NCBI GenBank assembly: GCA_021730905.1
Contig: JAKFYK010000021.1
Span: 1,636 to 65,635 of the forward strand
From: Betaproteobacteria bacterium
GTDB lineage: Bacteria; Pseudomonadota; Gammaproteobacteria; Burkholderiales; SG8-41
Direction: 5' to 3'
DNA: 64,000 nucleotides
Shown: one piece after another, positions 38,281 through 47,414 of the stretch
How the letters are laid out: every line of letters starts with the position of its first letter
How positions within the stretch are numbered: the stretch's first letter is position 1
The notes under the pieces: generated by a model
The model's input: the letters and a program-made list of their open reading frames with translations, nothing else
What the model was told of the DNA's origin: nothing
The model's database searches: none
Position numbers and translations under genes: made by a program

Positions 38281-39255
38281 ATGCGCCGCATCACATGCGG
38301 TAACGCGTGCTTCGCCGCGTTCGTGGCGTTCACCGCCCTGCCCGCGCTTGCGCAGCCAGCTTACCCGGCGCGCCCGATCCGCTTTATCGTGCCTTTCCCG
38401 CCCGGCGGCGGCAACGACATCGTCGGACGCATCGTCGCGGTCAAACTCGGCGAGGGATTGGGCCAGCAGGTGGTGGTGGATAACCGTGGCGGCGCGGGTG
38501 GCACTCTCGGCACCGACACTACCGCCAAGGCCGCGCCCGACGGTCACACGCTGCTCATCAACAACATCAGCCTTGCGGTGAATCACACGCTGATACCGCG
38601 ACTGCCGTACGACACGCTGCGCGACCTCGCACCAGTGTCGCTGATCGGACGGCAGGCCAACATCGTTGTCGTGCATCCGGCTGTCGCGGCGAAATCCGTG
38701 AATGAACTGCTGGCACTGGCACGCGCAAAGCCTGGGCAGATCAACTACGGCTCGGGCGGCATCGGCACGGCCTCGCATCTCGCCACCGAATTGCTCAAGC
38801 TGATGACTCGTACTGAAATGGCGCATGTGCCGTACAAGGGTTTGGGGCCGGCGCTGACCGATCTCATCGGCGGCCGGCTGCAAATCATCATCTCCACCAT
38901 GGCGTCGGCGCTGCCGCAGATCAAAGCGGAACGGCTGCGCCCGCTCGCGGTGACGACGGCACAACGCTCGCAGTTCTTTCCGCAGATTCCCACCATGGAC
39001 GAAGCCGGCGTGAAGGGCTATGAATTCAGCACCTGGTACGGGCTGCTGGTTGCGGCCGGAACACCCAGGAGCATCGTCGCGCGCCTCAACAGCGAAACCG
39101 CGAGAGCACTCGATTCCATGCTGGTCAAGGAGCAGTTCGGCACGCAGGGATTGGAAGCGACGCACTCGACACCGGAAGCGTTTGGCGCTTATCTGCGGAC
39201 CGAAGTCGCCAAATGGGGCAAGGTGATCGTGGCATCGGGCGCCAAGCCCGAATAG
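38281..39255 (+). CDS. Bug/TctC-family periplasmic solute-binding protein
   Basis: From the ATG at 38281 the protein reads MRRITCGNACFAAFVAFTALPALAQPAYPARPIRFIVPFPPGGGNDIVGR. The track ORF start at 38119 is an upstream extension that overlaps the previous gene. Confidence 0.9.
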   Translation: MRRITCGNACFAAFVAFTALPALAQPAYPARPIRFIVPFPPGGGNDIVGRIVAVKLGEGLGQQVVVDNRGGAGGTLGTDTTAKAAPDGHTLLINNISLAVNHTLIPRLPYDTLRDLAPVSLIGRQANIVVVHPAVAAKSVNELLALARAKPGQINYGSGGIGTASHLATELLKLMTRTEMAHVPYKGLGPALTDLIGGRLQIIISTMASALPQIKAERLRPLAVTTAQRSQFFPQIPTMDEAGVKGYEFSTWYGLLVAAGTPRSIVARLNSETARALDSMLVKEQFGTQGLEATHSTPEAFGAYLRTEVAKWGKVIVASGAKPE

Positions 39256-39274
39256 CGCGCCTATGCGAACAGGT

Positions 39275-39730
39275 ATGCGTCTGGTGCTCGACACCAACGT
39301 CTGGCTCGACTGGCTGGTGTTTGCCGATGCCGGTGTCGTGCCGATCCGGGAAGCCGTAGCGCGGGGAGACGCCAGCGTTTTTATTTCGCCTGCGTGCGAG
39401 ACGGAACTCGCGCGTGTGCTGGGTTATGTGTTATCCGGGCACGCGCTGGATGCGGAGGCGCAGGCAGCAGCGCTTTTGCAATACCGCGCGATTGCGTGCA
39501 CCGCGTATGACATAGCCGAGGCACACGACATCGCCGAGTTACCACGCTGCGAAGACCCCGACGATCAGATGTTTCTGGAACTGGCGCGCGACTGCCGTGC
39601 TGATCTGCTGATCACCAAAGATCGCGACCTGCTCACGCTCGCGGCACGCAAGGTAAAGCCGCTGCCGTTTCGCATTGTGACGCCACGCGAGTTTGCGCGT
39701 AATTGCTCGGGCGCTTCAACAATCAGTTAA
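39275..39730 (+). CDS. PIN-domain protein (putative toxin-type nuclease)
   Basis: MRLVLDTNVWLDWLVF, EDPDDQMFLELA and LLITKDRDLL are PIN acidic motifs. Confidence 0.7.
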   Translation: MRLVLDTNVWLDWLVFADAGVVPIREAVARGDASVFISPACETELARVLGYVLSGHALDAEAQAAALLQYRAIACTAYDIAEAHDIAELPRCEDPDDQMFLELARDCRADLLITKDRDLLTLAARKVKPLPFRIVTPREFARNCSGASTIS

Positions 39731-39776
39731 GATTCCGCTGCGCTGGATTGCATACAAACACCTTCAAAAATAATCG

Positions 39777-39800
39777 TTTAAAAACAAATACTTAAGTAAG
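39777..39800 (+). repeat. AT-rich recurrent motif, copy g
   Basis: tttaaaaacaaatacttaagtaag. The core ends 16 nt before the TTG at 39810. Confidence 0.8.
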
Positions 39801-39809
39801 ATCATCTTC

Positions 39810-40502
39810 TTGTCTCCACCAGCCGAAATCAAAGTCATGGGCTCTGCCGCGATCAAGGAAGCCTATCTCGAACTGGTGCCGCAGTTCGAGCGCGCCAGCG
39901 GCCACAAAGTGATTACCACCTGGACCGGCGGTGTCGATATCGTCAAACGCGTTTCCGCCGGTGAGCACACCGACATGGTGGTGCAATCCGCCAGCGCCGT
40001 CGATGGACTCATCAAGCTCGGCAAACTCGCGCCGGGCAGCCGCATCGACATTGCCACATCATGGGTCGCGGTGGCGGTGCGCGCCGGCGCGCCCAAGGCC
40101 GACATCAGTTCCGGCGACGCGTTAAAGCGCGCGCTGCTCGCTGCGAAATCCATCGCCTACTCCACCGGCCCCAGCGGCGTGTATCTGATCGAATTATTCA
40201 AGCGCATGGGCATCGCCGATCAAATACAGCACAAGGTCGCGCAAATCAAAGGCGAACCCGTCGGCGCAGCGGTTGCGCGCGGTGAAGCCGAAATCGGCTT
40301 TCAGCAAATGAGCGAGCTGCTGCCGGTGCCCGGCATCGACATCATCGGACCGCTGTCGCCGGATATTCAGGAAGTCACCACCTTTTCAGCAGGCATACAT
40401 GCGAACAGCAAGGTCGCCGAGGCCGCGCGCGAATTTGCAAATTTCTTCAAAGCGCCGGCAGCGCATCCGGTCATCCAGCGCAAAGGCATGGAGCCGGCTT
40501 GA
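39810..40502 (+). CDS. ModA-like (type 2 periplasmic binding fold) substrate-binding protein lacking any signal peptide
   Basis: 230 aa. IKVMGSAAIKEAYLELVPQFERASGHKVITTWTGG resembles the mature N-terminus of molybdate/anion-binding proteins. There is no in-frame ATG or hydrophobic leader upstream, and a stop lies at 39771..39773. The start is uncertain (TTG 39810 or ATG 39837). Confidence 0.6.
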   Translation: MSPPAEIKVMGSAAIKEAYLELVPQFERASGHKVITTWTGGVDIVKRVSAGEHTDMVVQSASAVDGLIKLGKLAPGSRIDIATSWVAVAVRAGAPKADISSGDALKRALLAAKSIAYSTGPSGVYLIELFKRMGIADQIQHKVAQIKGEPVGAAVARGEAEIGFQQMSELLPVPGIDIIGPLSPDIQEVTTFSAGIHANSKVAEAAREFANFFKAPAAHPVIQRKGMEPA

Positions 40503-40526
40503 ACGTTTGGTTCAAGGAGAAAGATC

Positions 40527-41612
40527 GTGACTCAAATGAAAGTTGCACGCATCCTGCTACTCGCCGCGCTGGCGCTATGCGGCATTGCCATTGCCGCCGA
40601 CGCACTCAAATTCGAACTCGATCCCTCGTGGCCAAAGGTACCGGAGAAATTCAAGCTCGGCGACGCCTCCAGCTTCGCCATCGACGCCAAAGACAACGTG
40701 TGGGTACTGCACCGGCCGCGCACGCTGCAGGGCGACAACGCCAAAATGGCCGCGCCGGCGATCATCATTTTCGACAGTGCGGGCAACTACCTGCGCAGTT
40801 GGGGCGGCGAAGGCAGCGGTTTCGAATGGCCGCAGCGCGAGCACGGCATCCACATCGACTACAAGGGCAACGTATGGGTCGGCGGAAACAACTGCGTCGG
40901 CCGCGATCTGCCGGGACTGAAGGCGGTGAGCGACGACCAGTTGCTGAAATTCACGCCCGAGGGCAAGTTCATCATGCAAATCGGCCGCGCTTCGCAAAGC
41001 AAAGGTAACGCCGACACCATGAACCTGCAGCAGCCCGCCGACGTGTGGGTGCACGCGAAGACTAATGAAATCTTCGTCGCCGACGGCTACGGCAATCATC
41101 GCGTGGCGGTGTTCGACGCCGACAGCGGCAAGTTCAAGCGCATGTGGGGCGCGTTCGGCAACAAGCCTGCCGACAGCTTCGCGTGCCCGCCGCCGAGTCT
41201 GAAAGCCGTGCCCGACGGCCCCGGCCCCGATCAGTTCAGCATCGTGCACGCGATCCGCGTCGCCAACGACGGCATGGTGTACGTTGCCGACCGCGAAAAC
41301 CGCCGCGTGCAGATGTTCACCGCCGAAGGAAAATTCCTCAAACAATACGTGCGCCACAACGCGCCGTTCGCGCGCAACGTCGCGCTCTCGCCCGATCCGG
41401 AGCAGCGTTTTCTCTACGTCGGCGGTGGCATCGACATCGTGATTCTCGACCGCAGAACGCTGGAGTTCGTCGATGTGATAGGCGGAGGCGGATTGATCTC
41501 CGGCGGCCACCAGATCGCCACCGATTCCAAGGGCAATCTCTATGTCGCGCAAACTGCACGCGGCATGCAGAAGCTGGTGTACAAAGGCATGGGACCGGTA
41601 ACCACCAAATGA
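40527..41612 (+). CDS. Secreted NHL-repeat beta-propeller protein (peptidyl-hydroxyglycine lyase-like)
   Basis: The signal peptide is followed by repeated blades (DAKDNVWVLHR, DYKGNVWVGG, FVADGYGNHRVAVFD, YVADRENRRVQMF, DSKGNLYVAQ). Confidence 0.7.
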   Translation: MTQMKVARILLLAALALCGIAIAADALKFELDPSWPKVPEKFKLGDASSFAIDAKDNVWVLHRPRTLQGDNAKMAAPAIIIFDSAGNYLRSWGGEGSGFEWPQREHGIHIDYKGNVWVGGNNCVGRDLPGLKAVSDDQLLKFTPEGKFIMQIGRASQSKGNADTMNLQQPADVWVHAKTNEIFVADGYGNHRVAVFDADSGKFKRMWGAFGNKPADSFACPPPSLKAVPDGPGPDQFSIVHAIRVANDGMVYVADRENRRVQMFTAEGKFLKQYVRHNAPFARNVALSPDPEQRFLYVGGGIDIVILDRRTLEFVDVIGGGGLISGGHQIATDSKGNLYVAQTARGMQKLVYKGMGPVTTK

Positions 41613-41762
41613 ACTTGGGACGCGCAAACCTGATCCGCAATACCGCGCTCTGGGACAATCCAGCAGCAGCACGTGCGCCTCATGTGTTGCATTTCCCGGT
41701 TTTTGGTAGGATAACTGCGTCTTTGGCGTTGTCATGCCTGCAAAACTGAGAGCAAGGATTCA

Positions 41763-42992
41763 ATGATATCCAACACCCGCCGGCTGACACTTACCGTATC
41801 GCGCATGGCATGCGCCGCGGTCAGCGCAGCCTGCGCGATGCTGCCGTGGGCCAGTTCGGCGAACGAGAGTGTTGCAGCGAAGCCTCATTTCACGGACAGC
41901 GAGATCAGCATCATCCTCTCCCACGGGCCGTGGCCGGCGCCCGCGCCGCTCGATTCGACCAACCGGGTATCGGGTAAGCAGGAAGCGATCGAGTTCGGGA
42001 CGCGACTGTTCTTCGATCAGCGCCTCTCCGGTCCCGGAACGAAGTCGTGCGCAAGCTGCCACGTGCCGGAGCGCAACTGGACCGACAACCTGCGGCGCGG
42101 CGTCGGCGTGGGCGAGTTGGATCGCAACACACCAACACTGATGAATCTGATCGCCGGGCGCTGGTACGGCTGGGACGGCGCCGCCGACAGCCTGTGGTTC
42201 CAAAGCCTGCGCCCGATCCTGGACAAGCGCGAACTGGCGGCCACGCCCCGCCACGTGGCCCAACTGGTGCGCAACGACAATGAGATGTCCTGCCGCTACC
42301 GGAAAGCCTTCGGCGCCGCACCTTCTCCAACCGATGACGAGACGGTGTTCGTGAACGTGGGCAAGGCGCTGGCTGCTTTCCAGGAGACGCTGACCAGCGG
42401 ACGCACGCCGTTCGACCAGTTCCGCGACGCCCTGGCGCGGGCGGCATCACCCTCCTCTTGGCGTTATTCCGAGCCGGCGCAGCGGGGACTCAAGATATTC
42501 ATCGGCAAGGGCGGCTGCACCCACTGCCATACCGGCCCCAATTTCACCAGCGGCGAGTTCTTCAATACCGGCCTGTCCCGATTTGCACCGCAAGGCAAAC
42601 CCGATCCCGGACGCCTCGCGGGCATCCGGCAACTGCTGGAAAGCCGTTTCAACCTGCTGGGTCCCTACAACGATGACAAGGCAGGCGCCGGCACGGCGCA
42701 CACCCGCCATGCATCTCTGGAGAAGACAAATTTTGGCGAATTCAAGGTGCCGTCACTGCGCAACCTGATGCTGACGTCGCCGTATGGCCGCGACGGCCTT
42801 GTCGATACCCTCGCTGAAGTGGTGCGACATTACACCGGCCTTGATCCGGTGCGCCTGCACGCGAAAGACCGACAACTCGCCAAACCCCTGAACCTGAGTG
42901 CAAGCGAGCAAAGCGACCTGGTCGTCTTCCTCGAATCGTTGAGCACCTTCTCCAACCCTTGGCGCCCTGAGGATGGCGGGCGCTGCGATTAA
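41763..42992 (+). CDS. Di-haem cytochrome c peroxidase family (CcpA/MauG-like)
   Basis: Two CxxCH haem motifs are present (CASCHVPERNWTD and CTHCHTGPNFT), with a signal peptide and FKVPSLRN. Confidence 0.88.
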   Translation: MISNTRRLTLTVSRMACAAVSAACAMLPWASSANESVAAKPHFTDSEISIILSHGPWPAPAPLDSTNRVSGKQEAIEFGTRLFFDQRLSGPGTKSCASCHVPERNWTDNLRRGVGVGELDRNTPTLMNLIAGRWYGWDGAADSLWFQSLRPILDKRELAATPRHVAQLVRNDNEMSCRYRKAFGAAPSPTDDETVFVNVGKALAAFQETLTSGRTPFDQFRDALARAASPSSWRYSEPAQRGLKIFIGKGGCTHCHTGPNFTSGEFFNTGLSRFAPQGKPDPGRLAGIRQLLESRFNLLGPYNDDKAGAGTAHTRHASLEKTNFGEFKVPSLRNLMLTSPYGRDGLVDTLAEVVRHYTGLDPVRLHAKDRQLAKPLNLSASEQSDLVVFLESLSTFSNPWRPEDGGRCD

Positions 42993-43036
42993 CGGGTTTG
43001 CTTGTGCGCAAAGCCGGTTTGAAAAAGGAGTAACTG

Positions 43037-44815
43037 ATGGACGTCGCCAATCTGCCGGCTTTCGACAAGCCTGCTGTCCTGCCCGAAAAGGCTGTGGTTG
43101 AGCAATGGCTCGACAGGCTCAATGTGGCTCTTCACAGTACCAGCCACAAGTCTGTTGCGTCCCTCTTTGCACCCGATAGCCACTGGCGCGACCTGCTTGC
43201 CTTTACCTGGACCATCACACCCTGCCAGGGCGCCGACGCCATCGGCGCCTTGATGGTGGCGAAGCAGGCAACTGCCAAGGCACGCGGATTTGCGATTGCG
43301 GAAGGACGCACAGCACCGCGCCGCGTACAGAGAGCCGGCATCGATGTAATCGAGGGCATCTTCCAGTTCGAGACTGAGATCGGACGCGGCTTCGGTGTGG
43401 TACGGCTGCCTGCAAGTGCGCCTTCAAAAGCGTTTCAGTTGATGACCAGCCTGCACGAGCTGAAAGGCTTCGAGGAAAAAATCGGCAAGCGCCGCCCGAC
43501 CGGCGAAGCTTTTTCGCGCAACTTCGGCGGCACCAACTGGAAGGAGCAGCGACTCGCCAGCGAGGCCTATACCGACCGCGAGCCGGTGGTGCTGATCGCC
43601 GGCGGCGGCCAGGCAGGTTTGTCTCTTGCGGCCACGCTGGGGCGGATCGGCGTAGACACACTGGTGGTGGATCGATTCGAACGCGTCGGCGACTGCTGGC
43701 GCCAGCGCTACCACTCGCTGGCGCTGCACAACGACACCCGTTTCAACCACCTGCCCTATATGCCCTTCCCGCCGTCGTGGCCAACCTATCTGCCCAAGGA
43801 TATGGTGGCCGACTGGTTCGAGGCCTACGCGTGGGCGATGGAGATCAATTTCTGGACCAGCACGGAGTTCGTGCGCGGATCGTACGACGAAGCCACCGGC
43901 CGGTGGAACGCCGTGGTTCGCCGCGGCGATGGTTCGGAGCGCACGCTGCATCCGAAGCATCTGGTGTTCGCCAACGGGCTGGTGGGTTCCCCGCATATTC
44001 CCGAGCAGCCCGGACTGAAGGATTTCAAGGGCGACGTGATGCACACCACCGAGTTCACCAACGGCACCCATTGGCGGGGCAAGAAGGCTCTGGTGTTAGG
44101 CACCGGAACGAGCGGTCACGACGTCGCGCAGGACCTGCACGCGAACGGGTGCGAGACCACCATCGTCCAGCGCGGCTCGACTATGGTCGTCAGCATCGAT
44201 CCGTCAGCGAAGCTGGTCTACGGCATCTACAACGGCATCCTGATTGAAGATGGCGATCTGCTGGCGAGCACCAACACCAAGCCGATGGTGAAAAAGAACC
44301 TGCAGACCCTTACTGCGCGCATGGTGGAGCTCGACAGGAAAACGATCGATGGCCTGATCGCCCGTGGGTTCAAGTTCGATGACGGCGAGGACGGTGCCGG
44401 CCATCAGTGGAAAGTCCGCACGCGCTATGGTGGATACTACCTGGACGCCGGTTGCTCCCAGTTGATCATCGACGGCGAGATCGGCCTGCTGCAATACGAC
44501 CAGATTGAGCGCTTCGTCGAAAGCGGCGCATTGCTCAAGAACGGATCGGTCAAGCCGGCGGACCTCATCGTGCTGGCGACGGGCTTCGTCTCACAGGAAG
44601 TGGTGGTCGCGAAACTGCTGGGCGAAGCAGTCGCGAAGAAGGTGGGCCCGGTGTGGGGTTTCGCTGCAGACGGCGAGATGAGCAACATGTGGAAGCGCAC
44701 GCCGCAGGAAGGACTCTGGTTCATCGGTGGCAGCTTCGCCAACTGCCGCACCTACTCGCGTTATGTAGCCATGCAGATCAAGGCAATCGAGGAAGGGCTG
44801 TTGTCGAAGGGGTAA
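43037..44815 (+). CDS. Flavin-containing monooxygenase-like NAD(P)/FAD-dependent oxidoreductase
   Basis: 592 aa with the dinucleotide folds VLIAGGGQAGLSLA and ALVLGTGTSGHDVA. The architecture is that of a two-dinucleotide-binding-domain flavoprotein. Confidence 0.75.
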   Translation: MDVANLPAFDKPAVLPEKAVVEQWLDRLNVALHSTSHKSVASLFAPDSHWRDLLAFTWTITPCQGADAIGALMVAKQATAKARGFAIAEGRTAPRRVQRAGIDVIEGIFQFETEIGRGFGVVRLPASAPSKAFQLMTSLHELKGFEEKIGKRRPTGEAFSRNFGGTNWKEQRLASEAYTDREPVVLIAGGGQAGLSLAATLGRIGVDTLVVDRFERVGDCWRQRYHSLALHNDTRFNHLPYMPFPPSWPTYLPKDMVADWFEAYAWAMEINFWTSTEFVRGSYDEATGRWNAVVRRGDGSERTLHPKHLVFANGLVGSPHIPEQPGLKDFKGDVMHTTEFTNGTHWRGKKALVLGTGTSGHDVAQDLHANGCETTIVQRGSTMVVSIDPSAKLVYGIYNGILIEDGDLLASTNTKPMVKKNLQTLTARMVELDRKTIDGLIARGFKFDDGEDGAGHQWKVRTRYGGYYLDAGCSQLIIDGEIGLLQYDQIERFVESGALLKNGSVKPADLIVLATGFVSQEVVVAKLLGEAVAKKVGPVWGFAADGEMSNMWKRTPQEGLWFIGGSFANCRTYSRYVAMQIKAIEEGLLSKG

Positions 44816-45066
44816 CTAAGAGCGCATTTCCTTATTGACCGCTGACGGAGCAATCGATACATTTGTGATTCGTGAAAACTGCTGTTTAACCATCCTATAC
44901 TCGACAGTGTGATTGAAAGCCCGCTTGATGGCGATTGGGTGCGAGTCGCGGCGCACCCGTCCAAGGACACGCATTGGATTACGTAAAAGCAGCACCGGCA
45001 ACCGGGCCGGTGCCTTTGCATGAGCAACACCAGCAATCCGGTGAGGCATCGTTCAGCGTCGGGCCG

Positions 45067-46419
45067 ATGAGTGCTGAGCAGGCTGCGTTCTTCGCAAAGG
45101 AAGCGCCGGTTTTTCACGCTTTTGCGCAGCAGTTTTCCCTCGATCCCAAAGTGGTTTACCTGATGGCCGGGCAAAAGGGCTCGCAGCCTGCCAGTGTGCG
45201 CAAGCGCTACCAGGAAGGTCTCGACCAGATTGCACGCGACCCGTTTCCGGTGCACCTGGAGCCGTCCGCGACCATACGCGCCAAGATCGCCAGCGGCTAC
45301 GGCGCCGGCGTCGATGAAATCGCGATTTCGCGCAACACCACCGATGCGCTGGCGCAGATCCTGATGGGCATTGAGTGGCAGCGCGGGGATGAAATCCTGG
45401 TCACGCCGATGGAACATCCTGCCGGCCTGGCGACGGTGCTGCGCCTGTCGGCGCGCTTCGGGGTGAAGATCGTGCAATGGGGCGTGCCGGTGCATCGCAC
45501 TGCTACTGCTGATGAGGTGGTAGAAGCGGTGCGCAAGCGCATCCGGCCGGGTGTCACCCGCGTGATCTTTTTTTCCAGCCCTTTGTGGCCCAACGGGCAG
45601 CGGCTGCCCGAGCGGCGCATCGCGGCACTGGCGCAGGAGGCGGGCGCGATTACGGTAGCGGATGGCGCGCATTACGGCGGCATGATCGAACCGCGCCTGG
45701 ACGAAAGCGGGATGGATTTCTGGGCGATCTCCGGCCACAAGTGGCAGTGCGGGCCGGGCGGTACCGGCATTCTGTATATTCGCAACCGCCAGCATTCAGC
45801 CAATCCCACGCCGTTGCCGCGCTTTCACCTCATCCGCAGTTCCGCGCGCGATGTCCCGTTCGATGGCAGCCGCCCCGCCGATTTCGACATCGGCGCTGCG
45901 ATGAGCCGTTACGGTTTTCCGGAGTCGGCCGACTGGCGCGCGCTGGGCGATGTCTGCGCGCTGTGGGACGAGGTCGGGCGCGCGCGCATTCAGGCTTGGA
46001 CCCATAACCTGGCGGACTACCTGCGCCAGCGTATCGCCGCCACCTTTGGCGACGAGGCGCTGCTGCAACCGACCGTCGATTCGTCGCTGAAGTCCGCCAT
46101 TGTCTGCTTCAATCCCTTCCCCGGCGCTCAGCAACGCGGCAATCCCGAGTTCAACCTGCAGTTTCGCGAACGGCTGCTGCGCGAATACGGGTTTCGCATC
46201 TCGGGAGGCGGTGTCGGGCCCGATGGATTCACCCGCGCCCCTGATCCGCAGGCGGCAGCATTTCCCGCCGGCATGGTACCCAATCGCGATCCCGATACGC
46301 TCGCGCCAAAGCCGTTCGGCTATGCGCTGCGTGCCAACGCCTGCGTCTGGAACTCGGTTGCCCAGATGGACCAGTTTGTCGCAGCCACCGGGGATCTGGT
46401 GCGCAAGATGACGGCGTAA
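45067..46419 (+). CDS. Class-V aminotransferase-fold PLP enzyme (cysteine desulfurase / C-S lyase / epimerase-like)
   Basis: SRNTTDALAQILMGIEW, DGAHYGG and ISGHKWQCGPGGTG (PLP Lys region) are present. The ATG at 45067 is preferred, but the true start could be upstream (track start 44935). Confidence 0.75.
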   Translation: MSAEQAAFFAKEAPVFHAFAQQFSLDPKVVYLMAGQKGSQPASVRKRYQEGLDQIARDPFPVHLEPSATIRAKIASGYGAGVDEIAISRNTTDALAQILMGIEWQRGDEILVTPMEHPAGLATVLRLSARFGVKIVQWGVPVHRTATADEVVEAVRKRIRPGVTRVIFFSSPLWPNGQRLPERRIAALAQEAGAITVADGAHYGGMIEPRLDESGMDFWAISGHKWQCGPGGTGILYIRNRQHSANPTPLPRFHLIRSSARDVPFDGSRPADFDIGAAMSRYGFPESADWRALGDVCALWDEVGRARIQAWTHNLADYLRQRIAATFGDEALLQPTVDSSLKSAIVCFNPFPGAQQRGNPEFNLQFRERLLREYGFRISGGGVGPDGFTRAPDPQAAAFPAGMVPNRDPDTLAPKPFGYALRANACVWNSVAQMDQFVAATGDLVRKMTA

Positions 46420-46476
46420 GCTATCGACAGTGACTTTCGCAATGGTCTTCCCTATCGTGATACTTACACTTCCGCA

Positions 46477-47271
46477 ATGACAACACCCGCACCGCGACCG
46501 CTGATTTGTGTTTCCGCCAACGCCATGGAAGCTACGCATCGGCGCCATCTGGTGCATGCCACCGGCGAGCGCAACATTCATTCCCTGTTGAGGATGGTGG
46601 ATTGTATCCCCGTGTTGCTGCCGCCGGTGGGTGCGGCGCTGGACGTCGCCGAACTGGTGTCACGCATGGATGGTTTCGTGCTCACGGGCGGGCGCGCGAA
46701 TGTCGAACCGCATCATTACGACGGGCCGGCGTTTCCGGACGATGAGATCATCGATCCGGGCCGCGACGCACTGGTCCTGCCGCTGGTGCGCGCGTGCATT
46801 GCCGCGCGCGTGCCGGTGTTCGGCATTTGCCGTGGCATTCAGGAGATCAACGTGGCCCTGGGCGGTTCATTGCATTACCGCATTCATCAACTGTCGGGGA
46901 AAAATGACCACCGCAGACCGCAGCGCGAGGATGTCGAGACAGAAGAGATTTTCCGGCTCAATCACCTGGTCAAACTGACCGCGGGCGGCCTGTTCCAGTC
47001 CCTGACCGGTCACGACGAGATGATGGTCAACTCATTGCACGGGCAAGGCGTGGATCGCCTGGGCGAGGGATTGGTTGTGGAGGCGACATCCCCGGACGGT
47101 GTAGTCGAAGGTCTGCGCTATAACGACGATACGCAGTTTATCGTCGGCGTGCAGTGGCACGCCGAATGGCAACCTGAAAAACATGCGCTCTCCAGCGCGC
47201 TTTACACCGCCTTCGGCAAGGCCGCGCGCGCGCGCGCTCAGCACCGCGTGACCGGAACCGCGGCTGTCTGA
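46477..47271 (+). CDS. Gamma-glutamyl hydrolase / class I glutamine amidotransferase-like (PuuD, peptidase C26 family)
   Basis: GICRGIQEINVALGGSL (nucleophile Cys) and VQWHAE (His) are present. Confidence 0.85.
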   Translation: MTTPAPRPLICVSANAMEATHRRHLVHATGERNIHSLLRMVDCIPVLLPPVGAALDVAELVSRMDGFVLTGGRANVEPHHYDGPAFPDDEIIDPGRDALVLPLVRACIAARVPVFGICRGIQEINVALGGSLHYRIHQLSGKNDHRRPQREDVETEEIFRLNHLVKLTAGGLFQSLTGHDEMMVNSLHGQGVDRLGEGLVVEATSPDGVVEGLRYNDDTQFIVGVQWHAEWQPEKHALSSALYTAFGKAARARAQHRVTGTAAV

Positions 47272-47414
47272 CCCGCGCTGTACCGCAAGTGTATAGAACC
47301 CCGAGAGTTGCAAGCGCAAGTCCGGCGGCGTAGTCTTGCCCCAACAAAATACTGCTTGGCAAATGCCGGATCCGGCAGGCTACCGATGCAAACGGACCCA
47401 GGAGGAGTTTCCTT

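Noticed and set aside
38170-39297. Long antisense or alternative-frame ORFs: 38170..39297(-), 40575..41735(-), 57985..59163(-), 50697..51845(+), 61049..62008(+), 61954..62931(+), 30018..31013(-), 35930..36850(-), 37410..38333(-), 44761..45795(-), 45796..46581(-), 18297..19331(+), 10028..11284(-)
   Set aside because: Each overlaps a gene on the other strand or frame that has strong family motifs. Their translations are Arg/Gly/Ala/His-rich with no motifs. This is the expected result of stop-codon depletion in high-GC DNA.
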